Shown piece by piece: positions 11,911-25,167 of a DNA stretch of 64,000 nucleotides. The stretch covers positions 55,378,464 to 55,442,463 of the forward strand of contig NC_043011.1 of the NCBI RefSeq assembly GCF_006345805.1. The letters are read 5' to 3'. The notes below the pieces were generated by a model that did no database searches, was not told the DNA's origin, and was given only the letters and a program-made list of their open reading frames with translations. Each line of letters begins with the position of its first letter. Within the stretch, counting starts at the first letter, position 1. The stretch is from Octopus sinensis (taxonomy: Eukaryota). A program made the translations under genes and the position numbers.

Positions 11911-13450
11911 TAAAAAGTGCCCCGATTATTACTGGTATAAATGTAAATTTGTAATCTGGATATAAAGAAGCTGGAGGTTTCAAAGCAGTTGTCCATAATT
12001 ATACACATCTTTTTGGAAGATAACTTTAGTTCAATATAACTACAAGGAGGACATGAGAAAGCAATCTTCAGTTGTTAGATGAAGGAAAACTGCTTCATCA
12101 GTGGCAAATGCCTTCCTTGGGTCTTCTTCATTGACCAAATCGGCTTCCTTTCACATTCAGTCCTTTACTGGCATCATGACTGTGTAAATAACTCGTTTGA
12201 CTGACAGAAAGATGTTTCTTGCTGATACTTGAAACTGTTTAGTTTCAATTGATTTTATATTCGCATTGAATATGCTGTGCTTGCGAAGACCCGGCAAGCC
12301 AAATGAGACCATAACCTGTGGCCCATGCCAGGAGCGTAACCAACCCGCTTATGCGTACCTTTTCCTTCCTTGGACACTAAACTCTGCTTGTGAAGACCTG
12401 TTGAGGCAAGTGAAATCAAAATCACATTCGATGACTGGCATCCATACTAGCGGGGTGCAAAGAGAACCATAGGAGCGTAATCGTTGACAGAGCGGCTAAC
12501 TGGCTTCCGTGCCAGTGGCACATAAAAGGGCACCATTCGAGTGTGATCGTTACCAGCGTCATCTTACTGGCACTTGTGCCCCGTGCTAGTAGGGTGCCAA
12601 GAGCACCATCCAAGCGTGATTGTTGCTAGAGCAGCCAACTGGCTTCTTTGCCAGTGGCACATAAAAGGGCACCATTCGGGCGTGATCGTTACCAATGTCG
12701 CCTTACTGGCACCTGTGCTGGTGGCATGCGTAAAAGGATTCGAGCGAGGTTGTTGCCAGTACCGCCTGATTGGCCCCGTGCTGGCAGCACGTAAAAAGCA
12801 CCCACTACACTCTCGGAGTGGTTGGCATTAGGAAGGGCATCAAGCTGTAGAAACTCTGCCAAATCAAGATTGGAGCCTGGTGCAGCCATCTGGTTCGCCA
12901 GCCCTCAGTCAAAATCGTCCAACCCATGCTAGCATGGAAAGCAGACGTTAAACGATGATGATGATGATGATGTTTTCCTACTATTACTATTGTTTTTGTT
13001 TTTTAATATTGAGCAGATGGCTGGAGTTCTTGTTTATAAACGCTAGTTTCTTGTTCAGGTTTTGTACTACCTAAATCATTATTTGTTATATCAAAATAAA
13101 TAAATAAAATCTCTCTGGTGATGTTGGTTCTAACATTCAACAAAGCTGCTTTGAATGGATCCAACCAACTCTAAACAGAAGATAAGAACCAATTCCTAAA
13201 CACCCATTCAGACAATTCCTTTATCAAAGAATATCTTCCCCCAGTGACCAGCAGGATAAAAATGCCACTCGGTACCAAGTACAAGTCTTGACCTTGAGAA
13301 CTTTAGGAACTTTGCCAGAGAAAAAATACTTTATTTTTGTAAAGTTGGTAAATTAAGATAAGTTCGTTTATAATTAAAAGAAGGTTTCTTTCTAATGAAT
13401 TTTATTTGAAACATAACGATTGGCATTTCTCCATGTGATGTGAATTTATA

Positions 13451-13506
<56 letters not shown>

Positions 13507-14289
13507 ATGTGTGTGTGTTTGTGTGTGTGTGACAGGACACTAATCTACCCTTCTTTATTTGATTGCCATACAAACCAAAAGATGTCTTAGAATGATAAAC
13601 AAACAACCAGTGATTCGAATAATTTCTACCACAAAGTACAAGAATCATAAAATCTTTATTCGTCTTAAACTTTGTTCCAGGTTGTTTCGTTTGGTTGGCT
13701 GCTTGGTTTTTGCACGGGTGGCAAAGGCAGAGCTAAAGAAATTTGACATTATTTGGCCATTTGTTTCCAAAACAAGCCTGACTTGTTTACATTCAAAATT
13801 TGCTATGTTGTGTATCTTCCTTCATCAATAGTGTTTTCCAAAAAAGTTGCAAAGCCACCTCCACTTTCGTTTTTTCTTTTTTTAAACTTTATTATGTATT
13901 TTAGGTATTGTCATACCTTAAAAAATTCGCATTCCATCAAGTAGAGTGGTTTTCAGTGAAGATTGTGAAATAAAAGATGGTGGATGATTTGCATTTTTAT
14001 CTACCATTATTTTGAGTTGTTTCCTTCTTCTACTGAATTGAAGAACCTCAAGAGTTACAAGAGAGAGAAAGGAAAAATAAAATCAATAATACAACCGAAG
14101 CAGCATGCATCTTCCAATTGTTTTACTTCATTTCTGATTAACATATCACAAAACTATGTAAAGTGAAAACTAAGAATGTAAGGAGAAGACCGGGTAAGCT
14201 GCAACACATCTCACAAAATGCCTATTTTCAATAAATATTTAGACTAACAAATAAATGCGTGACATTTATGAATACAAATTATGTTTTAT

Positions 14290-14452
14290 AGGCGGAGGAG
14301 TGGCTGTGTGGTAAGTAGCTTGCTAACCAACCACATGGTTCCGGGTTCAGTCCCACTGCGTGGCATCTTGGGCAAGTGTCTTCTGCTATAGCCCCGGGCC
14401 GACCAATGCCTTGTGAGTGGATTTGGTAGACGGAAACTGAAAGAAGCCTGTC

Positions 14453-14530
<78 letters not shown>

Positions 14531-14758
14531 TGTGTTTGTTTGTCTGTGTTTGTCCCCCTAGCATTGCTTGACAACCGATGCTGGTGTGTTTACGTTCCCG
14601 TCACTTAGCGGTTCGGCAAAAGAGACCGATAGAATAAGTACTGGGCTTACAAAGAATAAGTCCCGGGGTCGATTTGCTTGACTAAAGGCGGTGCTCCAGC
14701 ATGGCCGCAGTCAAATGACTGAAACAAGTAAAAGAGTAAAGAGTAAGAGTAAAGAGAG
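14290..14758 (+). mobile_element. tRNA-derived SINE family A, full length
   Basis: Same family as 4327-4733. Partial copies at about 3100-3258, 22260-22440, 37110-37260, 42068-42225, 43039-43196, 44225-44340, 47590-47750, 52395-52490 and 60935-61020. Confidence 0.85.
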
Positions 14759-14984
14759 AGTAGAAGTGGGAAACAATCCCACCAAATATTCAGCAGAGCT
14801 TAGAAAGATGCTGAGACAATTTTTGAGACCCAAATCTAACCATTTCAACTGTTGGACAGTTCAACAGGAACTGGCAAGTCAGAAGACTGCACTGAGTTCC
14901 AGTATCTGTTCTCGCATGGTTTCTACAGCTGGATGTCCTTCCAAACACCAACCGTTTTACAGATTGTGCTTTTTGACATGGCAC

Positions 14985-15400
14985 AGGCAAGCAGTGAAGT
15001 CACAAAGTAACTTGCATGACAAGACATCTCCCCTGGAGGTGGGGGGAGGAGTATTGAGGGAAAGTAAAGGTGCCTTGCATAAGGAGAGGAACATGGCTTC
15101 CTCAGGGAAAGAGAAAGAGAGAGGAGAAGGAGCAAAGGTGGTGGAGGGGGCTGTGTCCCCAAGTGAAAAGGCAGTGTATAAAATGAAGTGGACCAGGAAT
15201 TGGAGAGGGTGGGTGGGTAAGTTCATGAGATTAGAATGAGAGACGAAGGAGGAGGGAATATAGGAGGTGGGGGTACTAGGAGAATATGTTGTGGGAGAAG
15301 AGATTCGAAAGGGACAAATGATGTGTACAAAAGTCCAATATGACTTCATTATATAAGTCGTCCCCTTAATTAGTAAGTTTATGATAGAAGGCACAAACGA
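14985..15400 (-). mobile_element. Probable decayed retroelement (PLE-like) fragment
   Basis: Purine-rich plus-strand segment similar in style to other decayed PLE pieces (e.g. ~3395-3930, ~30430-30680). No clean motif was found. Confidence 0.3.
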
Positions 15401-15511
15401 GGTTCATACTGGGTGGGATTGAATAAAAGCCTCAGATTATAAATAAATGGTTGTGTAAAATATGCTCTTGTTTAATTAAAGTAATTAGCTAGAATACTTT
15501 TTGTTTCTTAG

Positions 15512-15721
15512 CCCTTTCATTACCAACCCGGCTCTGGCTCTGAGTACAAATGTCTTGTTTTCATAAGTTTTGAATTAAAACCTTCCACCAATCCTTTGTC
15601 ACAATTTATGTTCCTAACACTTGCTTAATGATAACTAAGTTATCTTACAAAATTCTTTGTTATATCTAAAATAATTCAGAGAAACACTGAGCATCTCAAA
15701 ATAAATACAGTAACGAAAGGG
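15512..15721. mobile_element. piggyBac-type MITE
   Basis: CCCTTTCATTAC..GTAACGAAAGGG flanked by TTAG/TTAA. It is the inverted counterpart of the copy at 51401-51601. Confidence 0.85.
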
Positions 15722-16298
15722 TTAACACCATTAAGGAGAAAGAGGACATGAAGCTAGAAAAGGCTACAGAGGATCAAATGGCTTTCTGATCATTGTTTTA
15801 ATGACTTGTTCAACGTTCGATACCCTTTTACAAACAAAATTATTCAACAAAGAATTGAAGTCGGTACTGTCTTATCTATACAGTCCAGTAAATTTGTGAT
15901 AATGGAATCCATGGAAAACTCCCACCATGAAAAAATGAAATAAAGAAATCAAAAGGAAATTCATTTTGACAAGGATTTTTGTTGGGAAAATAGCAGTGGC
16001 AAGGGAAAGATAAGATCAAAAGAGAAGTTCTATAGATTCTCCTTCAACTCTTCCAGAATTATTCTGGTTATTGCCATGTTAAAAAATGGTTTATATGATA
16101 ATACATAGAATTTTCCAAACTGGCAACAGACTGTAGATAAATAAAAGCAAATGTTTTTGAGGGACAGAGAGGGAGATTCTCTTCTTTTAGATAATAAGTG
16201 GAAAACTTTGTGTTTGTATGTGTGTATGTGTGTGTGGTTAAGGAATTTGCTCTAGCACCACATAACTTCTGGTTCAATCCCAGAGCATGGTTCCTTGG

Positions 16299-16597
16299 GC
16301 AGTACGCGAGTACTGTCCAAATCTCCAACCAATCACATACAGCTAGCTGGCATTCAATTGGCGTATCAAGTTTCAGGCATTTTGATTGGGTTTTGGATAG
16401 AAAATTCACAAAAAAGTTACTTCTATTGATTTTTGAATGGCTTTGTGGGATGACTGGGGAAATGTAAAGATGTGCATGACCACCCTTGGACGATTTTGAA
16501 CAACCATAGAAAGTGCGAGCCCTCTAACTGAAAAATTGTGGATTTGTATAAAGGACATGCACACACACACACACATATTTTGCCGTTTATATATAGA
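16299..16597 (-). mobile_element. Non-autonomous Helitron-like element
   Basis: 5' TC(TA)n start and a 3' subterminal hairpin CAGTAC-TCGC-GTACTG. A second copy lies at ~43899-44189. Confidence 0.65.
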
Positions 16598-17689
16598 GAG
16601 ATATGATACAAATCTCTGACCCACATAAGCAATGTTTCAATGAACAAAATCGTAAGATGTTGCAGCAAAAAAAAATATCCTAAATTTTAAGCTTGAATCC
16701 TTTTACGCTTGACTTTTATCTCTCTGGTTTCTTCTTTGGGGTTTCTCTTTGGGGTTGGCTGTGATGAATATAAATCTCAAAATTATTTGTACCAAAAAAA
16801 AACTTAAGATAATATGGCTGTATTTGTTTTGGAAGATAAGCGAAATGAAGATTGAAATCTGGGTGAAAAGATGCCAAAAGTTAATTATTACATGTTACCT
16901 AATTGTAAATTGTTTGTCTTAAGTCAAACATAATCAATTATGATCAAAACAGTTCCAGTTATGACCTTTCCATTTATTTTAGATTTTGTTGTTGTTTTAT
17001 CCCAAACAGAGCTTCAGCAGCTAATGTATCCTTCTTTTTTAAAGGTGATAAGATGAGGTTTGAATGCAATTTAACTATTGTTTCATTAAGGTGATATAAC
17101 CATTTGTAGGATAAGATCCAACAAAAAGTTGGTAGTTGAAAGTAGAGAAAGAAATATGAATACCAGATTCCAGTGGTTCTGCAGTTTAGACAAAGATTCC
17201 TGAGTGAAGAACCAAAAATTGAAATCTAATCAAAACGGCCATTGAGCCAGACACGTAACACTTCTTGTTCAAAATTGACCGACACAAATATGACACCTTG
17301 GCTTCCACATCTGGTTCGATGTTTATTTGCAATAACGACATTGACAAAAATAGCAGAGCAAACAGAAAAAGGATGTAAAAAGTGACAGGGGGGGGGGATG
17401 AATAGAAAACTTGTTCAACCATGCAAGAAATAAACATAAAATTAATGGTGTTGGTGATGATGGTGATGGTGATGATAGTGAGTAGGACAAGAACAATAAT
17501 GATGGTGGTGATGGTGGTGGTGGTGATGGTGGCAGTGCTGGTGGTGGTGGGGGCAGTGATGGCGGTGGTGGTGTTGGTGCTGGTGTAACTGCTGGTAGCA
17601 GTGATTTGCATGGAAATCAATAAAGCATCCACTCTGTCTTCTACTTGTAAGAATTTATTTTGGAAAAGCTATTTGGTTTTCTGCTAATA

Positions 17690-18990
17690 AAATAGAATAA
17701 ATCTGTATCCATCTGTACACGCCTTGGGTGTAGGCTTACCTACTAAAATCTTTTACACTAGGTACACAGCTAAAGGATATTCTCAGGGTATGTCTATTAA
17801 ATATTTTGTTGAATTTATCAGCATGGGACAAGTGTTTATCAACTAAACTAAGGAAGATTTTTACCTACTCTGGTCCTAACATTTAAAGAGAAGGGCAGTA
17901 TGAACCACAGCACTTTCAGCACTCTCTGGTGGTGATTTCGCTTGGTGGGGGTTAGGGTCTGGCATGTAACTAATGCTATCCTTGAACCCACTGGCAGCCA
18001 GGGCTTGGATGTAGTAAGGGCTGGCTGCATCAAAGATCTCTTTGCTTGAGGATATGCTGGAGATTCTCCTGTTGACACCCTTAACTATAACTTGTGGGTA
18101 GTAAAGAAATAGGTTTGAAGGATCAACGGGAGAGAATGCACAACATTTTGGGACCTTCCTTTTGATGGATTTACTGCACACCAACCCACTCATGGATGTG
18201 AGGTCCCTCCCTGTTGGATTCAATGATTTATTTGATCATAAATCCACTCTGGGATCATCATCTCCATTTGAATTGTGAAGTCAAGCAGCTCAGACTTGCC
18301 ATTTAAGTAAACAGGTCCCGACCTCAAATCTATCCATCACCTGTCTAACAAGGTTTCATTGTTCCTTTCCAGCTATGTGCGATGGTTGGTTCTCTCAACT
18401 GTTGCCTGGATCTCCTTCAAGATGATGTTTGCTTGCTGATGTCTCAGTCTGGTTCCAATAAAACCCCTAAATCCATCTTCTAAAGGCAAGTGCATGGCAC
18501 TCCCACCAACACCCGCACAGTCTTCCAGCAGCATCTCATAACGTTTGTCTTTCCTCACTTCAGCTGCATCTTATTTGTCTTTGAAATTAATTCAGCAAGG
18601 TGTTATCTTATATCCTTCATATCATATTGTCATACCTGGCTTCTTCCTTCTTAGTATTGGAAGGGGACATTCACACCCAGAAAGACTCCAGCGCAGTTCT
18701 CATCGTTCAAAGCTTTCTTCTTCTGTTTTGGGTGGCCATCTTGTCCTTGACAAATAAATGTGTGAAACCATTCACTGCCATCCTTCTGCAGTTCTTTGCT
18801 GTCATTGATCATTTCCATCTGCTTCTCAGTGACACTATGGAAAAATTTGAGGACCTCATTGTGTCTCCATCTAAATCCTTTCCAGCACCATTGCTTTCGT
18901 GTGCCGATTTTTCTACATCTACAAGTCATCGTCTGCTATTTTTCATTTCAGCAGATTGTAGAAGCGGGGCACAGTACCTCATGGATGACT
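17690..18990 (-). mobile_element. Penelope-like element remnant
   Basis: KGVNRRISSISSSKEIFDAASPYYIQALAASGF..WFILPFSLNVRTRVGK in shifted frames, matching the PLE region downstream of RT. Confidence 0.8.
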
Positions 18991-19585
18991 CAAAGAAGGA
19001 AGCTCGGTTGTGATGTGCTTCACCTCCAGATCTCATTCCAACCTACTTTCCTTTCAATAACCTCTTTAACCCATTTGGCCAACTGACCTTGCTGACGGCA
19101 TCAAATCAAATGCTATTTGATGACATTTGAACCCACAAACCAACAGGAGTGCCTGGCTAATCTTAAATCTGCCCTGATTGAACATATTTTTTGATCAAAG
19201 ACATTCCAGTTGTGACCACCCAATCTTTTCATGAGTATCTAGGATCATATTACCAAATGTAATCTTCCTAGTTTGAAGAGTACAGACTGTAATTTGAAGG
19301 AGATTTGTTTGCTATTTCTAGCAGATCAACCAAACATGTATTGACAAACAATATAAACTGACATTTATACAGCAAATATCAGAAACAACACCAACAAACA
19401 ATCAAGTCATGAACTGCTTTAGTTTTCTGCTTCAGAGTTTTGTAAGTTTATATGAGTTGAGTTCAATTTCTTATCAGACGCCATCAGAGATAAACCAGGG
19501 ATGGTTTCATTCTTTTTTGCAAAGAAACACTGGTCTTTTCTTACCTTTCTTTCTTTTTAGATATTGTATGTGTGTGTGTGTGTTA

Positions 19586-19655
19586 TAGATAGATATAGAT
19601 AGATAGATAGATCGCTAAGTAGGTAGGTAGATACATAGATCGGTAGGTAGGTAGG

Positions 19656-19733
<78 letters not shown>

Positions 19734-19756
19734 TAGACAGATAGATAGATAGACAA

Positions 19757-19816
<60 letters not shown>

Positions 19817-19853
19817 GATAGATAGATAGATAGCTATAGATAGATAGATAGCT

Positions 19854-19934
<81 letters not shown>

Positions 19935-19950
19935 CAGATAGATAGATAGA
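19586..19950. repeat. (GATA)n tetranucleotide array
   Basis: Direct inspection. Confidence 0.97.
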
Positions 19951-21346
19951 TATACACACAGACACATACACTCACATGATAACAGAAAGAGAGAAAGAGG
20001 GAGTGATAGAGAGAGAGAGAGAAATAGAGAGAAAGAAACTGAACTGAATCAAAAACTTAAATATCTCTCAATTCTCTACTCCCTCTCACACACACACACA
20101 CACACACACATGCAACATACACATACTTACATCTCTATTCTCACTCTCTCTCTTACACACACACACACACACATTATATTCCTCATTTAAATGCTTTCTT
20201 TTTTTCAAAACCAATTTTTCCATATTTCTATTGGCTAACATCCAATGCCATCTTTGACCTCATAAATAGTTTTAAGAGTTTAGATCACTTCATAGGAGTT
20301 GACCATTAGAGTCACAAGTAGCTCAGTCTCACCAAAGTAGTAGAAGCAATTTGAAATAAGAACAAAAATTTGCCAATTATAATCTTGCTGCAGGCCTTTA
20401 TCCACCCACAAATTAAAATATCAATGATTCTTATGTTTGGTAATGAGGTTCTAAAATGAAATATAGAAATCTTACTTCTTTATTGCCTACAAGGGGATAA
20501 ACACAGAGGGGACAAACAAACGGATTAAGTCGATTATATCGACCCCAGTGTGTAACTGGTACATAATTTATGTAAGGTGGCGAGTTTACATTGACCCCCA
20601 GTGCATAACTGGTACTTAATTTATATAAGGTGGCAAGCTGGCAGAAATGTTAGAATGCCGGGTGAAATGCGCAGCCATATTTCTTCTGCTGTTACAGTCT
20701 GAGTTCAAATTCTGCCGAGGTCGACTTTGCCTTTCATCCTTTCGGGTTTGATAAATTAAGTACCAGTTACGCACTGGGGTCGATGTAATCGACTTAATCC
20801 ATTTGTCTGTCCTTATTTGTCCTCTCTGTGTTTAGTCCCTTGTGGGTAGTAAAGAAATAGGTACTTAATTTATCAACCCCGAAAGGATGAAAAGCAAAGT
20901 CGACCTTGAAGCTAAAAGACCCAAATTCAGATGCTACAGCAGCCTGCCAAATTGGATGTTTCTTTTTAGGTTCTTCAATTGAGAGCATTTGCTTTTTCAA
21001 TTGTTTTACAATAATGGAATACAATTAAAGATTAGTAAACAAACCAAGAGACACTTCTGAAAATAGAACTTTTGTCTCAAAGATTTGCTTGAAGAATTTG
21101 CTATAAAGCCACAGATTCATTCTGAAAATATATATAAATTTTATTTGGTGATGATCAATGCAAAAATACAATTTCTGCACTTTTCAGGTTCCACGAGAAA
21201 AAAAAATCAATTCTGAGAATTACGTTGCTGAGATGTTAAATGGCCAATTCCTGTTTTGCAGGAATTGCACAGTTAAGTCTTTTGGTTTGTTTTTTTTTAC
21301 CTTGCACAACTTAGCTATATCAGCAATAAACATCACCCTTAAATTG

Positions 21347-21347
<1 letters not shown>

Positions 21348-21434
<87 letters not shown>

Positions 21435-21467
21435 GGTGGTGGTGGTGGTGTGGTGGTGGTGGTGGTA
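21348..21467. repeat. Compound (CAG)n(TAG)n(TGG)n microsatellite
   Basis: Direct inspection. Confidence 0.97.
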
Positions 21468-22982
21468 GGTGCACACTAATATTTTCATTGGTATCACCAC
21501 CACAATCATAATCATCATTATCAAGACTGCATAAAAAAAAATCAGAAAAATCAATATTGATTTTTAATCAATTTTCACACATACAAATTTCATATGTAAC
21601 TTTGCTAGCAGTGGGCAGAATGTGCGAAAAATAATATTGATTGATAAACAGAGAATTTTTCTGTGTATATTCTGGGGAATTTCATGTCAGTAGATCACAG
21701 CTCAAACTGTTTGATTGGTTCCTGACAGACAAGTTGTATTTGTTTCGGTCGGGAGAAGATCAAAAGAACTCATTACAGTTTTATGGCTAAACATCTTATA
21801 TAATCTCACTCTTGTTTGCCTTCAGATCTGAAAACTGCTTGAGATTTGTCTGCTATGATTTTAACCAGATTGAAATAGTTTATTAAACCAGGTCAACTTG
21901 ACTCAAGGTTAGTCCAATAAGCTCAGACGATATGGAGAGAATCTCAGAAAACCACAGAGCATGAGATTCATCATCATCATCATCGTCGTTTAACGTCCGC
22001 TTTCCACGCTGGCATGGGTTGGACGATTTTGACTGAGGGCTGGCGAACCAGATGGCTGCACCAGGCTCCAATCTTGATCTGGCAGAGTTTCAACAGCTGG
22101 ATGCCCTTCCTAACACCAACCACTCCAAGAGTGCAGTGGGTGCTTTTTACATGCCACCGGCACGGGGGCCAGTCAGGCGGTACTGGCAATGACCTCGCTC
22201 AAAACTTTTTACATGTGCCAGTGAAGCGACTTGGTAACAATCAAGGAAAAAACAAAGTCAGGCATTGGGATGGTCGAGTGGTTAAAGAGTTTGCTTCCTA
22301 ATCAGATGGTTTTAGGTTCATTCCCATTGCATGGCACCTTGGACAAATGTCTTCTATAACCCCAGGCCAACCTTGTGAGTGGATTTGGTAGGTGGAAACT
22401 AAAAGGAGACCATAGTATGTATGTATGTGTGCATGTATGTGTGTGTGTAGGTGTTTTCTTTGTATTTCCTTATCTTGAGGCACATGGCTTAGTAGCCAGG
22501 GTTTTCAGCTCACAATCATAAGACCATGAGTTCAATTCCCAGGGGCATGTTGCATTCTTGAGCAAGACAATTTACTTCTCATTACTCCAGTCTTCCCTCA
22601 GCTGGCAAAAATGAGTTGTACCTGTAATTCACACGGGTCCATCCTCGTCACAACCTGTGTTGCACTGAATCTCCCACAGAACTACATTAAACGTACAGAC
22701 ATGTATGTGGAATACTCAGCCATTTACATATTCATTTCACGAGCAGGCTGTTCCATTGGTCGGAGCAGCTGGAACACTGATCGTTGCAACCAGCCGAGAG
22801 CCAGATATCTCGTTTCCTTAGCAGGGGAAATGTTTGTTTAGTTGAGGGTTGGGAACAGGAAGGGCATCTAGCCGCATAAAGGAATTCTACCCCCGACATA
22901 TTCCATCTGACCCATTGCACAAATGGAAAAGGGAATGTTAAGCAATGGTGATGACGATTTCTAAGAATAAACAATTCTTTGT

Positions 22983-23325
22983 TACGGAGATGTACTTGCA
23001 TAGCGAGTGACTTGATCTGAGATCGTGTGCTGGAACGAAAACAATTGCAGCGTGGAAGGTGTTTATAAGCCATTTAAGAAACACACAAAAGCCGTTAGAT
23101 TCACTTCAATATTTAAATTTAATTTGTCAAAATATTTTCATTGCTTTGAGACCGCGACCTGTTCACTGACAAAACTCCATGCTGCATCTCACGAAGTTTT
23201 GTCAGTGAACAGGTCGTGGTCTCAAAGCGACGAAAATATTTTGACAAATTAAAATTAAATGTTGAAATGAATCTAACGGTTTTTGTGTGTTTCTTAAATG
23301 GCTTATAAACACCTTCCACGCTGCA
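22983..23325. mobile_element. Foldback MITE with 131-bp inverted arms
   Basis: Arms 23046-23176 and 23195-23325, 18-nt loop. AACAATTCTTTGT direct repeats lie at 22970-22982 and 23325-23337. Confidence 0.85.
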
Positions 23326-24145
23326 ACAATTCTTTGTGTTTGCGATGATTTCTTTAACTGTCTTCGAATGAGTTGAGAGTTCTTCACAAACTGATTCATC
23401 ATTAATCAATGGAATCTAAGAGAAGTCTGGAACTTATCGTTTGTAAGAATATGCTGGACATGATCTTAGTCCATGAGAAGCTTTCCTGAAAATACATTTA
23501 TCTGATTGAGAATTACAAAGGACAAAGATGATAAAATATTGGACTGATAACTAAGGGATCTTGTAACAAGCACTGCACTCCAGGTCTGCGAGAGAGATGG
23601 AAGGTTCAGCAGTTCATTGGCCTGGTCTGAGGGCTTGAGAGTCAAAGTGGAACCTATAACTACCTGCTGGGCATTTCCCTAAGAAAAAAAAAAAAAAAAC
23701 TCGGTACCCTTGTGTTTTAAGAGGATCTTTAGATCTGAGATAGAAATCCTCTTAAAGCAGTTATGAAAGTAATTGCTTTTGTAAATATTGAACACCGTTC
23801 AGCTGTCTTTTAAGTACAACGGTTATCATCGTCATCATCTGAAATTTGAGTGCCTCAGCCAACAATTCTTTACCATTGGTCTTTATTTTCTGCTGTTTTA
23901 ATTGTTGCATCTCTCTCTCTCTCTCTCTCTTTCTCTCTTCCACTTCTTCCCTCTCTCTTTCTCCCTCACATCTCTATCTTTCCCTCTCTCTAATCACCTT
24001 GGCCTTTATTTTTTCCGGAGTTTTCTCAGCATCCAATAATTATGGTAGGCTGTCTACTCTTTAAGAAGCGTTTCAAATATTGAAGCTTCTTGATCAATTC
24101 TTTTACAAAACCCATTCAAATTCAAATTTATCCTCTTCTCGGCCA

Positions 24146-24745
24146 TTGTCTCTCCCTCTCTCTGACGTTGTCTCTCCCTCTCTCTGACGTTGTCTCTCCT
24201 CTCTCTCTCCTCCTCTCTCCATCATTGTCTCTCCCCCTCTCTCGGTCGTTGTCTCTCCCCCTCTCTCCGTCGTTGTCTCTCCACCTCTCTCTCCGTCGTT
24301 GTCTCTCCCCCTCTCTCCATCATTGTCTCTCCCCCTCTCTCCGTCGTTGTCTCTCCCCTCTCTCTCCGTCGTTGTCTCTCCCTCTCTCTCCGTCGTTGTC
24401 TCTCCCTCTCTCTCCGTCGTTGCCTCTCCCTCGCTCTCCGTCGTTGTCTCTCCCCTCTCTCCGTATTGTCTCTTCCCCTCTCTCCGTATTGTCTCTCCCC
24501 TCTCTCTCCGTCGTTGTCTCTCCCCCTCTCTCCATCATTGTTTCTCCCCCTCTCTTGGTCGTTGTCTCTCCCTCTCTCTCCGTCGTTGTCTCTCCCTCTC
24601 TCTCCGTCGTTCTCTCTCGGTCGTGTCTCTCCCTCTCTCTCCGTCGTTCTCTTTCGGTCGTTGTCTCTCCCTCTCTCTCCGTCGTTCTCTCTCGGTCGTT
24701 GTCTCTCCCTCTCTCTCCGTCGTTGTCTCTCCCCCTCTCTCTTTC
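24146..24745. repeat. ~21-23-bp minisatellite (CTCTCTCCGTCGTTGTCTCTCCC)n
   Basis: Direct inspection. It generates the low-complexity ORFs at 24090-24878. Confidence 0.95.
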
Positions 24746-24973
24746 CCACAACACCAAACTTATTGAGAACTCTTTTTTTTTTTTGTCAACTTCATTTTTA
24801 GAGCTGCTGATATTCCCACCTCTCCGTTGCCATGGCAATTATCAAATTTACCTTCTGCAATGTTTACCTCCGCCATAAACCATAATTCACTCATTCTTTT
24901 ACTTGTTCACTAATTTATTCCTTCATGTATAATTCTATGTTATTTATATAGATTCTCTCTCTCTCCTTCTGTA

Positions 24974-25045
<72 letters not shown>

Positions 25046-25167
25046 ATATATAATTTTAATGTGTATATGATTGCTCCTAAAGTGACATCTAACACGTGGT
25101 TATCGCAACATCAAAGCGAAACCAACTCCACTCTTACGACACGCCATTATTATGCCGTGCACTTATT

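Larger units (their letters stand above)
11935..24876 (-). pseudogene. KIAA0825: KIAA0825-like multi-exon pseudogene
   Basis: Collinear degenerate fragments, by-eye match to recalled human protein. ELIKKLQYLKRFLKSRQ (24050-24100) vs DLIKFFKTLQDLLKNEQ; YQSNILSSLSFVI (23510-23550) vs YQSTMLKLYSVI; VNFEQEVLR (17253-17279) vs VEYELEVIR; KPFFNMA...FSQQKSLSK (~15970-16090) vs KSFTRLT...LSERKMSKK; SLKQ*SESHL (15775-15804) vs SLDRWSKEKL; KRVIYTV..KD*M (12154-12198) vs QKVIQSI..PNWI. Candidate ATG at 24876. Many in-frame stops, frameshifts and insertions. Confidence 0.72.

Noticed and set aside
11935-13330. ROCO/LRRK kinase reading (DVYNYGQLL; FYPAGHWG)
   Set aside because: No other kinase motifs are present, and the 12-kb fragment fits KIAA0825 in order. 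The 13.1-13.3 kb piece remains unassigned.
19557-19975. LSIY-repeat ORFs
   Set aside because: Translations of (GATA)n. The same applies to the MYVC/THTH ORFs at 7.5, 9.7-10.0, 13.4 and 25.1 kb.
23717-23755. TTAA-GAGGAT..ATCCTC-TTAA mini inverted repeat resembling the MITE ends
   Set aside because: Only 10 bp of symmetry, and the sequence reads through plausibly as part of the pseudo-exon. It cannot be distinguished from chance.
24090-24878. 262-aa and overlapping 155-203-aa ORFs (longest in the track)
   Set aside because: They are translations of the stop-free CT-rich minisatellite: low-complexity, open in several frames.
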